Shown here in pieces: positions 41,752-51,577 of a stretch of 64,000 nucleotides of DNA. The DNA lies in the NCBI GenBank assembly GCA_965224085.1, contig CBDCYI010000009.1, positions 704,001-768,000 of the forward strand, given 5' to 3'. The DNA comes from Candidatus Marinacidobacterales bacterium (GTDB lineage: Bacteria > Acidobacteriota > Vicinamibacteria > Marinacidobacterales > SMYC01). The notes under the pieces were generated by a model. It was given only the letters and a program-made list of their open reading frames with translations, had not been told where the DNA came from and did no database searches. The translations under genes and the position numbers were made by a program. Within the stretch, counting starts at the first letter, position 1. Each line of letters begins with the position of its first letter.

Positions 41752-42226
41752 TTACGTTATTTTGGCTAGTAGTTCCGGGTTATCTACCTCCCACTGATAA
41801 CGCTTGATTTCGTCGGTCGTCCAATCGCCTGCACCAAGTTCTCGTAACCGGCGCAGTTCCGCGATGAACTCCTCACGATGCATTGACGGCTTACATTCGT
41901 TACGCTTGAACCCTAAGACGTGAATCATTTCGTGGAGCAGCAGGGGCTCAAGCCGGGTGGGTGTCAACATCGACCAATGTAGTTGTATGACACCATGACC
42001 GTGGGTACGTCCAGCCAATCCACGGAAAACTTAGGTCGAAGCCCATAACGCGGAACTTTGGAACAGTACCGTCACTGATGGGGACGTCCACTAACTCTCC
42101 ACCGAAATAGAAGGCGTTGATCCAGTCGTACAGAAGATCAAGCCATGGTGAAATTATCTCCAGCCCGGCTTGGTAATCTTTGTTTCGGCGCACACGTCTC
42201 CACGCGCTTGATCTAAAGTCGATCAT
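41752..42226 (-). pseudogene. SprT-like HExxH metalloprotease split by a frameshift
   Basis: LYDWINAFYFGGEL.. in one frame; AGRT...I.L...LLLHEMIH...H..EF.AEL.RL in the other; AAGGAG RBS before 42226. Confidence 0.65.
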
Positions 42227-42269
42227 TGGTGCTCCTTCCTTGATGTTGGTGGCGGCTACTGCTTTCGGC

Positions 42270-42525
42270 TCAATCTGGTTCGCATGCTGAGTCTCTGCCG
42301 TCTAGAAAGTCATCGATTTCTTCATTGGCTAGGACAGAAAAAGGATCGATGGGACCGGGCGGGAGGTTGTTAACTCAGCTCCTCCAAATCGGCGGTTGTC
42401 CTTGGAATTTCGCCTGTCGTTAGGCGGAATAGCTTAATGAGTGCCGCCGCTTGCAAACGACGGTACGTCTCTCCACCAAGCTCGTCTAGGCTCGCCGGAA
42501 TTTCTTTCATGGGATGGTTGCTCAT
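42270..42525 (-). CDS. Small hypothetical protein, probably frameshifted
   Basis: AGGAAGGAAG upstream of ATG 42525 (MSNHPMKEIPASLDELGG...); stop at 42370, with a plausible continuation to 42270. Confidence 0.4.
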
Positions 42526-42553
42526 GTTGTCTTCCTTCCTAGGTGTTGGGTGA

Positions 42554-42787
42554 CTACTTGTTTCGACTTGGTGTAGCTCTCATTGGTTTCTCTAGCTCGC
42601 CTACGACGATCAGAAGATCGATCATGCGGCGAACTTTGTCTCCTATCGGGAGCTCTTCGGTCTCCAATCGGATGTAGTGGCGTTCGGAGAGCCCAAGTTT
42701 CTCGGCAAACTCTTTTTGCGTGAGTCCTAGAAACTCAACTCGATAGGCTCGGAGCTCTTCTGCGGTCATTCCCATTTGTTCAATCAT
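42554..42787 (-). CDS. Small XRE/Cro-like HTH regulator
   Basis: MTAEELRAYR..LGLTQKEFAEKLGLSERHYIRLE. Confidence 0.8.
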   Translation of the reverse strand: MIEQMGMTAEELRAYRVEFLGLTQKEFAEKLGLSERHYIRLETEELPIGDKVRRMIDLLIVVGELEKPMRATPSRNK

Positions 42788-42803
42788 CGTGCAGAAATTA
42801 TCC

Positions 42804-42823
42804 GGCATGACATAAGTCATGCC
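42804..42823. promoter_or_regulatory. Palindromic operator upstream of the XRE gene
   Basis: GGCATGAC-ATAA-GTCATGCC, 8-bp perfect arms. Confidence 0.65.
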
Positions 42824-43123
42824 AAGAAAAACCGACACGTTTTAGAGTAAAAAACATTACTTCCGTAAAATTAGACGGGTAACGGCGATGCGCCCCATCC
42901 TTTCTGCACGGGAGTTCGCCTTCAAATCCCCCCTAGGCTCCTGCCCCCCGAGTCAGGATAGTGGGAATCGCGGACCTCGATCCCAAACTTCGAAAAGAGG
43001 TTTAATAATCCCCCTTTGGCACAAAGTGCGCGACGCTCCTTTGATTTCAGTCGCTTAGGATCCGTTCTCGAAAAGCCAACGCACTGCGAACGTTTTCTCA
43101 AGTGTCGGTGTGTGCGAGGCGCT

Positions 43124-43385
43124 TCAGCTCTTCGATGAGCTCGCAATCACCCTCCGTGGATGCCAGTACCAGCAGGCCCCTACTATGACAAAAAGCGCCG
43201 GTATGTCGGTCCAAAGATGCGCGAGTTCGTTGGGATAGATGAACGTCTGAACGATCATCAGCATGGCGTGGAGCGTATTGGGCAAGGATGCCCCAATCGA
43301 AAAGCGAGGCCGCAGCCAGCGGATCTTTAGCTCCTCGAATCAGCAGTATGGCCCAGGCGATATAGACGGCTAAAAGCATGAACAG
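43124..43385 (-). pseudogene. C-terminal stub of a small membrane protein (DUF6632-like)
   Basis: MLLAVYIAWAILLIRGAKDP.....LFDWGILA/HAMLM.VQ......HLWTDIPALF...WYWHP; frameshift. Confidence 0.5.
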
Positions 43386-43389
43386 ACTC

Positions 43390-43788
43390 CCGTCCGCCCT
43401 TGGAGGCCATCAGACGGGGATCGGCAGTCCTCATCAACTCAGTAAATCCAAGGTATGCAGCATGATCGGAGACCACCAGAAAATCCAGCGGTCGAATTAG
43501 CTTGGCTCTTACTCCATTGCTCGCAATGACTTCCTCACCTAGGGCGAAACGGAACGACTCCTCCGGCCCAAGCGTGTTTCCAAACATGCCGGAATCGAAG
43601 GAATAGGACGAGTGGTGGTGCGTATCTCCCCAGTACACCCGTTGCGGGAAATAGTCTTCTACGTAGGGTGAGTACTCCGTTTTTTTCTCCGGGACGAGTT
43701 CTCGTTTGGGCGTCCACTCCTGAGCAATTGCGGAGTTGGGTGATATGAGAATGAGCCACATAACGGCGGCTGTTGAAATAGCTTTCAT
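43390..43788 (-). pseudogene. N-terminal stub of a DUF3604 (PHP-like) secreted protein
   Basis: Signal peptide, VYWGDTHHHSSYSFD, PEESFRFALGE, RPLDFLVVSDHA; truncated. Confidence 0.75.
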
Positions 43789-43812
43789 GCTTGTCTCCGT
43801 ACCAATAAGATG

Positions 43813-43900
43813 TCTTCAGATGGTTCAGCGACGCGAGAAGCTTGGACTCCCGGTCGAAACACGCCAGACGCTCTTTGTCTTTCGCGAATTCTATCGCCAC
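43813..43900 (-). pseudogene. Short stub of a Ser/Thr protein kinase
   Basis: EFAKDKERLACFDRESKLLASLNH resembles the kinase alphaC segment ..ERLARFEREA.LLASLNHPNI. Confidence 0.6.
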
Positions 43901-44003
43901 GTCTCGGTCGAGCTTCGTGCCCGAGCGCGGTAGACCTCGCCCTGACGCTTGCGGAAGCGTCAGAACAGCGAAAGCGTGAGCTACGCGGAAGGTCGAACCA
44001 AAA

Positions 44004-44229
44004 TGTGTATGTACAAGGCATCATCTCGCGCCGTAGGCGCGAGGCAGTCAGATCGTCTCGCCCCGGCGAGATAAGGGTGAGCCTGCTGTGCAACAATAGC
44101 GAGCCCCGGCCGCCAGAAACGACCGGGGCTCTGATGTTTGGATGGCCCCCCGAAGGAGGCGCTCCAGTACAGGTGGAAGCTAGCCTCTCACAGACGGGCG
44201 GCCATAGTCCAGCGCTTGCTGAGTCTCAA
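44004..44229 (+). other. Structured non-coding leader, putative left end of an IS21-like element
   Basis: Begins TGT; hairpins at 44025-44043, 44056-44071 and 44101-44131, plus a long stem 44142-44205. Confidence 0.5.
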
Positions 44230-44635
44230 ATGGCCACCAAACCAGTCGTTGTGTACCAGCGTTTTTGTCGTAACTGTTCAGAGGCCTTCTACATCTGCAA
44301 GAGCTGTGACCGTGGACACTGCTACTGCGGTAAAGCGTGCTCTTATCATGCCGGCCTAATAAAGTGTCGCGGCTACAACCGCAAAGATCGAGAAAGTGTC
44401 GAAGGACAGTCGAGATTGTGCGGACCGGCAACGTGAGTATCGACGACACCAAGAAAAAGTAACGGATCATGGTTCCATTCACGTCGGTAACTCGGGCAAT
44501 GTAGGAATCAGAGAACAGATCCGGTCACGGAGCTCGATGGTTCTTTCAATGAAAACGAAGCTTGACAGTTTCGGATATGCCAAATGCTGTATCTGCGGCG
44601 GACGCGGGAGGTGGATGGATGTCGAAGCTCAGTGA
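44230..44635 (+). CDS. Cys-rich zinc-finger protein of the kind found upstream of IS21-like transposases; frameshift near 44405
   Basis: FCRNC...FYICKSCDRGHCYCGKAC, then ADRQREYRR...KVTDHGS and terminal CCICG. Confidence 0.65.
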
Positions 44636-44785
44636 TAAACCGCTCACGAGCGACGCTCTAACAGAAAACGATTATGTCCGGGCGGTTTTGGATATCTATG
44701 TTTCTATTCCGAACACACCTGAGCGACCACGGCGCGACGATCGCTTCATGGCGACGCGACTCTACCGCCAGGGCGTCCCGTTATA
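44619..44785 (+). pseudogene. Truncated hypothetical gene overlapping the end of the zinc-finger gene
   Basis: YVRAVLDIYVSIPNTPERPRRDDRFMATRLYRQGVPL, then an abrupt switch to SRPBCC sequence. Confidence 0.5.
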
Positions 44786-45225
44786 CCACGCCCGACGCCC
44801 TATGGGCGGTTATCGGTCGCTTCATGCACATTGACGAGTTCGCACCGCTCGTAAAATCCGTGGATGCCCTCACGGACGGCGAAGACGGGATCGGGTCGAA
44901 ACGGCGCTGCAATTTCGACGATGGTACCTCAGTGGTGGAGGAGGTGACCAAGTGGGAGGCCAATCGTAGGTATCGCGTCCGTTTGTCGGAAATGACGGCG
45001 ATGCCTCTTCACGAAGCGCACGCGGAGCTGTCGGTCGAGCCGCTGGATAACGGGCGGGCGAGAGTGAAGTGGGGCATGGATTATCGCGTGAAATTCGGTC
45101 CCTTCGGATGGTTATTGGGCCAAACCATGATGAAATTGATGATGGGCAAGATCCTCGACGGTAATCTGAAGGGTCTCGCCAACAACGTTCGGTCGAACCG
45201 GACTGCAACTTCACAGGCGACCTAG
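44785..45225 (+). pseudogene. SRPBCC/polyketide cyclase family protein lacking its N-terminus
   Basis: PDALWAVIGRF..I.EFAP.V, GIGSKRRC, EEVTKW, VKW.MDY..KFGPFG..LG, NLKGLA. Confidence 0.75.
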
Positions 45226-45317
45226 AGAGGGACATTGCCAATCGAAAGGCCGCTTTTGTTTGGCACAAAGCGCCAAAGCAAGGTATCTAGCTCGAAACCA
45301 CCCCCAGCGTCCCATAA

Positions 45318-45359
45318 CTCCTATTCTGTCTCCTATTCTGTCAACTATTCTGTCAACTA
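45318..45359 (+). repeat. 3.5 copies of a 12-bp tandem repeat
   Basis: CTCCTATTCTGT CTCCTATTCTGT CAACTATTCTGT CAACTA. Confidence 0.85.
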
Positions 45360-45411
45360 GGAATGTCGATACATTATTTGTATATACAACTATAGTTTAC
45401 ACGGAGTCAGT

Positions 45412-45898
45412 ATGCCTGAAACACCCCTAAAATCGACCGAAAACCGACGACCGAGGGACTACACGAAGTCGGGCCTTTTCGCGCTCCAACGAGGCCTTCA
45501 AGGCGTCGGCCTGGCCTGGCTGGCGGACACCGGGGAGCTTGCCAAGCCGCTCCAAGCTTGGCGCGCGGAGACGCGCGAGGCTCTGGGCGGGGACTCGATT
45601 TCACCGCAGCGAAGCGATACTGAACGCCGTGACGATGGATGTCCTCCTGATATCGAGCATTGATAGCTTCATCGCCTCGAGGCCGAGCCCGGTGAACAAG
45701 TCCCGCCGCGCCTTGTTCCCTATCATCCAAGAGCGAGCCCGGCTGGCGGATGCATTGACGAAAAGGCTGCAGGCTCTAGGACTCGACCGCGTGGAAAAAT
45801 CGGCGCTCGACCTCAAGACGTACCTCGACACGCACTACGGCAGCACTGACGACGCCTCGGCGGCACAAATGTGGGAAAGACGCCGAAACTTTGAATGA
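45412..45898 (+). pseudogene. Hypothetical phage-type gene upstream of the terminase (small-subunit position), frameshifted
   Basis: GGAG RBS before ATG 45412; frame change near 45610; ends LADALTKRLQALGLDRVEK..LDLKTYL. Confidence 0.5.
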
Positions 45899-45942
45899 AA
45901 GGCGGTGACGAAAGTCTGACAAATTTTTATGGAGACGATTGA

Positions 45943-46458
45943 ATGAACAACCCCACCATCCTCGAAGCCCTTCGCGACGAAAAACTTCTCGGTCATGCCG
46001 GATTGGATTCGGATTCATGGAAGGTTTGGCACGTCGCACTGAAGGCCGCGTTCGGTCTCAACATGAATCCCGAAGAGCTAGCGACCTTCAGGAAGCACAC
46101 CGGTAGATCGTCCCCGCCGAGCGAGCAGGTACGAGAGTGTTGGATCCCAACAGGTAGACGCGGCGGTAAGTCACGAGTCGCAGCCGCAATCGCCGACTAT
46201 CTAGCTACGCTTCGTGACTATTCCCCCTACCTATCGAGCGGTGAGAAAGCCATCGTGAAGCTCATCGCGGCGGACCAACGGCAGGCGAAGATCGCGCTCG
46301 GCTACATCCGCTCGATGCTGGTCGATAGCCCGGTGCTGTCGAAAATGATCGAGAACGAAAGGAAGGACTCTATCGATTTCAACAATGGTGTCTCCATCGA
46401 GGTCAGGAGCGCGAACTACGGAACCACCGCATCGTGGATCGCATCTCGCTGGTCATGA
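45943..46458 (+). pseudogene. Phage terminase large subunit, N-terminal ATPase fragment
   Basis: Walker A PTGRRGGKSRVAA, IAADQRQAKI...YI, I.F.NGV.IEV; truncated at about 46420. Confidence 0.75.
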
Positions 46459-46754
46459 CTCGTCGTCGCGGCAACCAGTCCGACCGTCATACCTTTCACG
46501 CTCAGATAAGCTACGGCTGAAGCCGCGGCGAGATCGCGCCCGGGTCCAGCATACGTAACCCCGTGCGCCTCTGCGGCCGCCCGGGTTTCGCGTTCGCAGT
46601 CAGGCGCTGAATTTCAACACTCAACTCTTCTATAACGCCGTCCGGCCGGACACAACTCCCAGCGCAAATATCGAGTTGCGCTTTCAGCTGACCTTCCTGT
46701 TTCCGAAATAGCCGTGAAAGTGGGACTAGCTTTTGGAAGAGGAGATGGCGGACA

Positions 46755-47891
46755 ATGGCGGCGGTGTTGCTAAGACTAAAAAGCCTGAGCGCACTTTGCG
46801 TTGTCGGCGCCTCTTACGTCGCGTCTGCTCAGGATGCGCCCACTAAAGCGGATCACTTCGTGCCCTCGCGCCCGGCGAATCTGAGCTGGGGTTGGTATCC
46901 GATAAACAAAGAGCCCGTCCTGACCGTTAGGTCCGGACAAACGGTCCGCATCGACACGGTGACCCATGCGGGCGCGACGCAGGATGAGAACCCCGTTTCG
47001 TATTTGACCGGGCTGGGAGTGCCTCGGGACGAGATTCTCGAGGACGTGCTGGACTTTTGGGCTTCGCGTGACGAGCGCCCGAGAGAAGGCCGAAGCGGCC
47101 ACGTCATCACCGGACCGGTCTATGTCGAAGGTGCGGAGCCCGGCGACATGCTCGAGGTGCAGATTCTCGACATAGAGACGCGGGTACCCTGGGGAATCAA
47201 CAACACGAGCGCCACAGGAGGCGTGTTCTCGTCGGGCTATCCAGGCGTTCGTTCCGACGACCCGCGGCTGGACATCCCACGGACGCGGCACGTCATCCGC
47301 ACCGGCGAGGTCGATGGACGCGAAGTCGCCTTCTTCGCGGACGACATCCAAGTACCGCTCGCGCCTTTCATGGGCATCCTGGCCGTGGCTCCCGACCCCG
47401 TGGTAGGCGAGCCCGGGGTAACGCTTGCCGACGTGCAGAGCTCGCGCCCGCCGGGTGCCTACGGTGGCAACCTGGACGTCAAAGATCTCAAACCGGGAAC
47501 GACCGTCTATCTTCCGGTCTTCCATCCTGGCGCACTCTTCTATACGGGCGATCCGCACGGGGCGCAGGGCGATGGCGAGGTGAGTGGTACGGCGATCGAG
47601 CAGTCGCTGAGCGCGGTCTTCCGCTTCGTTGTCCACAAGAACGTGCACCTGGCGGGCCCACGCGCCGAAACAGATACCCACTACCTCCTTATGGGGATCG
47701 ACCTCGATCTCGACCGAGCGACTCGGCACGCTACCTGGGAAGTTGTGGACTTCCTCGTAAAGGAAAAGGGGCTCACGCCGGACAAAGCGCTTTCACTTGC
47801 AAGCATTGCTGTCGATTTCCGCGTGAGTGAGGTGGTCGACTTGACCCAGGTCGTGACCGGCTTCATCCCCAAGAGCATCTTTCTGCGTTAG
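46755..47891 (+). CDS. Acetamidase/formamidase family protein with signal peptide
   Basis: PVLTVRSG..V.IDT, HVITGPVYVEGAEPGD.LEV, PFMG, PPGAYGGNLD, GDPHGAQGDGEVSGTAIE, VSEVVD. Confidence 0.92.
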   Translation: MAAVLLRLKSLSALCVVGASYVASAQDAPTKADHFVPSRPANLSWGWYPINKEPVLTVRSGQTVRIDTVTHAGATQDENPVSYLTGLGVPRDEILEDVLDFWASRDERPREGRSGHVITGPVYVEGAEPGDMLEVQILDIETRVPWGINNTSATGGVFSSGYPGVRSDDPRLDIPRTRHVIRTGEVDGREVAFFADDIQVPLAPFMGILAVAPDPVVGEPGVTLADVQSSRPPGAYGGNLDVKDLKPGTTVYLPVFHPGALFYTGDPHGAQGDGEVSGTAIEQSLSAVFRFVVHKNVHLAGPRAETDTHYLLMGIDLDLDRATRHATWEVVDFLVKEKGLTPDKALSLASIAVDFRVSEVVDLTQVVTGFIPKSIFLR

Positions 47892-48138
47892 CTCCGATCT
47901 GCCATCGATCGAATAGGAACTAATAAGAAACTCAGGGTGTAGCGTTGGCAAGAGGTGCGAGAGTGACGTCAAAACCGAGCTCCCTCAGGCGTCGTGTTGA
48001 GCCGGTGCCACCTCCAGAGACTACCGCGTTTCATTCATTCGGGGTGGCCGTCAGGCCGTGGAAAACTTGACAGGCTTCCACAACGGCAGTACAACCGGTC
48101 CCTCTGGGACGAATGTCAACGCGTCCACAAGGAGTGTC

Positions 48139-49284
48139 ATGCGAAATTCCCTGATCATCACCATCCTCTTGGCTCTGGCGATCCCCGTTTTGTGCTCGGC
48201 GCAGGATGGGCTCGAGAGCGCAGAACCATTCAAAGTTGGGACCTTCGAGATCGTGGACATCGCGCATGTCGGTATCGTCCTGCGCGATAGCCTCGTGGTC
48301 GACCTCGAGGCCGCCAACGTCGCCCTCGAGAGGGATCCGGCCTATCCAAGAATCCCGCCGCCGGCGGACATGGTGGAGCTCATCGAGCGGTACGAATATG
48401 GCTTGAAACGGCGCGTGTACGAGATCGTCAACGAGCTGGTCGGCAGGGACATGCTGGGCTCGAATCGACCCGGCTACGTATATGACCTCGACGCTTTACG
48501 AACGCTCCCGCCCATCATGTACCCCGGAAAGATACTCAACGCGGCGGTCAACTTTTATAGCCACGTCAACGAGACGGGCACCGAGGAGGACCGCGCGACG
48601 GCGCGACGGCAGCGGCGTGAGAATCGCGGTGTCCCCTACTTGTTCTTGAAGGCCAGCAAAGGCGCGGTCGTCGGAAATGGCGATCCCATCGTAATCCCGT
48701 ACGGCCGGGATCGCACGGACTGGGAGGTCGAGCTCGGCACGGTGATCGGCCGCACCGCGAAATACGTCTCTGCCAACGACGCGCAGGATTACGTTTTTGG
48801 CTATGTGGTCACGCTCGATATCTCCGATCGCGGAGGCCGGCCTCCCGGGGGAAACCCGTTGCGATCCGATTGGTTCGTCGGGAAAGGCCACGATACGTTC
48901 GCGCCGATGGGACCGTGGATCGTGCCCAAGGAATTCTACGGCGACCCGATGGAGAAGCTCCGGCAAACGCTGAGTGTCGGCGATACCAAGATGCAGGAAG
49001 CGACCGCCGGCGACATGATCCACTCTCTGTGGGAGTTGATAGAGTACGGCTCGTCCATCATTACGCTGTTCCCCGGCGACGTCATCAATAACGGGACGTC
49101 CGGTGGTACCGGAATGGGCACCGCAGTCCGCGGCGCTCAGCGCTTCCTCCAGCCGGGCGAGGAAATCGTGGCGACCATCGACGGGATCGGAACTCTGCGC
49201 ATGCCGGTCGTGGCGGAGGATCCGCCGACCGGCCTCACGGGGGCTCAGCTACCGCCAGTCAAGAGCTACAGGGACCCGCGCTAA
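48139..49284 (+). CDS. Fumarylacetoacetate hydrolase family protein with signal peptide
   Basis: AAGGAG RBS; KILNAAVNF..H, PYLFLK, DWEVEL..VIG, DISDR, GKGHDTFAPMGPWI, PGDVI..GTSGG. Confidence 0.9.
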   Translation: MRNSLIITILLALAIPVLCSAQDGLESAEPFKVGTFEIVDIAHVGIVLRDSLVVDLEAANVALERDPAYPRIPPPADMVELIERYEYGLKRRVYEIVNELVGRDMLGSNRPGYVYDLDALRTLPPIMYPGKILNAAVNFYSHVNETGTEEDRATARRQRRENRGVPYLFLKASKGAVVGNGDPIVIPYGRDRTDWEVELGTVIGRTAKYVSANDAQDYVFGYVVTLDISDRGGRPPGGNPLRSDWFVGKGHDTFAPMGPWIVPKEFYGDPMEKLRQTLSVGDTKMQEATAGDMIHSLWELIEYGSSIITLFPGDVINNGTSGGTGMGTAVRGAQRFLQPGEEIVATIDGIGTLRMPVVAEDPPTGLTGAQLPPVKSYRDPR

Positions 49285-49399
49285 GTTAAGAAAATCTAGA
49301 AATCTAGAAATTATTCAGGGGGCGCCGGCGACGACTGACTTCGTGCCGGTCGATGCGTACGGCGTCCCCAGGGTGCCACGATTTTCCGAGCGAGCGCCG

Positions 49400-49824
49400 C
49401 TCGCCGAAAGAAGACGTTTTCCGAGCCGGTCGCCGAGAAGAACCGCGAGGAGTACGGTGAACACTGGAGTCGTATTGACGAGCAGGCTCGCGGCCCCGGC
49501 GCTCACGGTTTGCTCGCCCGTGTTGAGCGCTACGTGGTACACCACGATTCCAGTCAAACCGAGCGACAGGAACCCGAGCCAGTCCTTGGGTCCGGCCTTC
49601 AGTAGCGAGCGACGCTTTGAGGCGGCGAGAAGATAGCTTCCGAGCAAAACCGAAGCGATGGAGAAACGAAGAAGCGCGAGCGGTCCCGGCGGGTAGTGCA
49701 CAACCGCGACGCGAATACCGACAAAAGCCGTCGCCCAAAGAACGAGCGCCATGGCCATGCCGAAGCCGAGAAAGGACACGCCCTCGGCCCGCTCTTCTGT
49801 GATCGTAGTGCTCACACTGCTCAC
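49400..49824 (-). pseudogene. EamA/DMT transporter, N-terminal half only
   Basis: LWATAFVGIR, LALLRF, YHVALNTGEQTVSAGAASLL.NT.PVF..LLA...GDRL; homology stops at about 49400. Confidence 0.75.
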
Positions 49825-49874
49825 ACAACCGTTCTACACGAGCGCACCGGCGAGCGGGAATTGATTCAGGACAA

Positions 49875-51479
49875 TTACGAGAAGAAATCGTTCCCTTTGT
49901 CGTCTACAACGATGAAGGCCGGGAAGTTCTCGACGTCGATGCGCCAGACGGCTTCCATGCCAAGCTCTTCGTACTCGACGACTTCGACTTTCTTGATCGA
50001 TTCGAGCGCGAGGATGGCGGCGGGCCCTCCGATGGAGCCTAGATAGAACCCTCCGTACTTTTTGCACGCGTCGCTCACTTGCCGGGATCGGTTGCCTTTG
50101 GCGAGTGTTATGAAGCTTCCGCCATGCTCCATGAAAGGACCAACGTAAGAGTCCATCCGTCCGGCGGTCGTCGGACCGAAGGAGCCCGACGCATAGCCAA
50201 CGGGTGTCTTCGCCGGACCGGCGTAGTAAATAATGTGGTCCTTGAAATATTGCGGCAGCCCTTCGCCGCGATCGATGCGCTCTTTGAGCTTAGCGTGCGC
50301 AATATCGCGAGCCACGATAATCGAGCCTGTCAGCGAGAGCCTCGTTTTGACCGGATAGCTGGAGAGCGTCTCTCGAACCTCACTCATGGGCTTGTTCAAG
50401 TCCAGCTCGACGACCTCCGCTCCGAGCTCCTCGCCTTCGACCTCCGGCATGAACTGCGCCGGGTTGGTCTCGAGCTGCTCCAGAAAAATCCCACCGCGCG
50501 TGATCTTCCCGTACGCTTGCCGGTCGGCCGAGCACGATACGCCAATACCGACAGGGAGCGACGCGCCGTGGCGCGGAAGCCGGATGATGCGCACGTCATG
50601 GCAGAAATAGGTGCCGCCGAACTGCGCGCCGACCCCGAGCTTGCGTGAGCGCGCGAGCACTTCTTTCTCGAGCGCAACGTCCCGGAACGCGCGGCCGAGC
50701 TCGTTCCCGGTTTGAGGCAGACCGTCGAGATACTTGCAGCTCGCGAGCTTTACCGTTTTGAGCGTGAGCTCCGCGGACGTTCCTCCGATAACGATCGCAA
50801 GGTGGTAGGGCGGACAGGCTGCCGTACCGAGGCTTTTCATCTTCTCCTCGATGAAGCTCACGAGCGCGTCCGGGTTCAAAAGAGCGCGGGTCTCTTGATA
50901 GAGAAAACTCTTATTCGCGGAGCCCCCTCCTTTGGTGATGAACAGAAAATGGTATTCGTCGCCTTTGGTTGCGTAGAGCTCGATTTGGGCCGGGAGATTG
51001 TTCTTGGTGTTCTTCTCCTCGTACATCGAGAGCGGCGCTAGCTGCGAATAGCGTAGGTTCGTTGTCGTGTAGGTGTTGTAAATGCCGCGGGCGAGCGCTT
51101 CCTCGTCATCGCCCGACGTCAAGACGAATTGACCTTTCTTGCCGACGACGATGGCCGTCCCTGTGTCCTGACAGGACGGGAGGATCATCCCGGCGGCGAC
51201 GTTGGCATTTTTCAGCATCTGGATCGCGACAAAACGATCGTTGTCGCTCGCCTCGGGGTCGTCGAGGATTTGGTGTACCTGTTCGAGGTGCGACGTCCGG
51301 AACAAGTGCGAGACATCGCGCACGGCCTCGGCCGCGAGAAGTGACAGCCCTTCGGGCTCGACACTCAGAAATTGGTGCTCACCGAGCATCGCCACCTTCA
51401 CGTGGTCGCTCGTCAGCTTGCGAAACGGGATCTCCTCGTGACCCATCTCGAACATCGGTTGGAAACGAAACGCCGTCAT
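49875..51479 (-). CDS. fumA: Class I (Fe-S) fumarate hydratase
   Basis: [63 protein letters not shown]. Confidence 0.96.
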   Translation of the reverse strand: MTAFRFQPMFEMGHEEIPFRKLTSDHVKVAMLGEHQFLSVEPEGLSLLAAEAVRDVSHLFRTSHLEQVHQILDDPEASDNDRFVAIQMLKNANVAAGMILPSCQDTGTAIVVGKKGQFVLTSGDDEEALARGIYNTYTTTNLRYSQLAPLSMYEEKNTKNNLPAQIELYATKGDEYHFLFITKGGGSANKSFLYQETRALLNPDALVSFIEEKMKSLGTAACPPYHLAIVIGGTSAELTLKTVKLASCKYLDGLPQTGNELGRAFRDVALEKEVLARSRKLGVGAQFGGTYFCHDVRIIRLPRHGASLPVGIGVSCSADRQAYGKITRGGIFLEQLETNPAQFMPEVEGEELGAEVVELDLNKPMSEVRETLSSYPVKTRLSLTGSIIVARDIAHAKLKERIDRGEGLPQYFKDHIIYYAGPAKTPVGYASGSFGPTTAGRMDSYVGPFMEHGGSFITLAKGNRSRQVSDACKKYGGFYLGSIGGPAAILALESIKKVEVVEYEELGMEAVWRIDVENFPAFIVVDDKGNDFFS

Positions 51480-51577
51480 CGTCGACTTGTACTTCCCTTC
51501 TCGGGCCTTCGGCTCCCTCCATGAAGAGAATAGCACGCGTTTGCTCTATACTCGCGCGCACATTATGAGAGGTGGTT

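Larger units (their letters stand above)
41020..46458. mobile_element. Decayed integrative (prophage/ICE-like) element at the 3' end of tRNA-Lys
   Basis: Integrase abutting the tRNA, visibly lower GC, XRE gene, HExxH protease and terminase fragment; right boundary not found. Confidence 0.7.

Noticed and set aside
45318-45359. Possible CRISPR array
   Set aside because: Adjacent 12-bp units with no spacers and no cas genes; no repeat-spacer array was seen anywhere in the window.
46420-46750. attR copy of the tRNA-Lys 3' end closing the integrated element
   Set aside because: I found no GGCGGCTCACCA-like duplicate here by eye, so the right boundary is undefined.
49285-49400. AAATCTAG duplication and possible transposase remnant at the EamA break
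   Set aside because: Too short and degenerate to assign without a database search.
51480-51577. Guanidine riboswitch upstream of the ureohydrolase
   Set aside because: Short divergent intergenic region with no tandem ACGR hairpins or ykkC-type consensus that I could identify.
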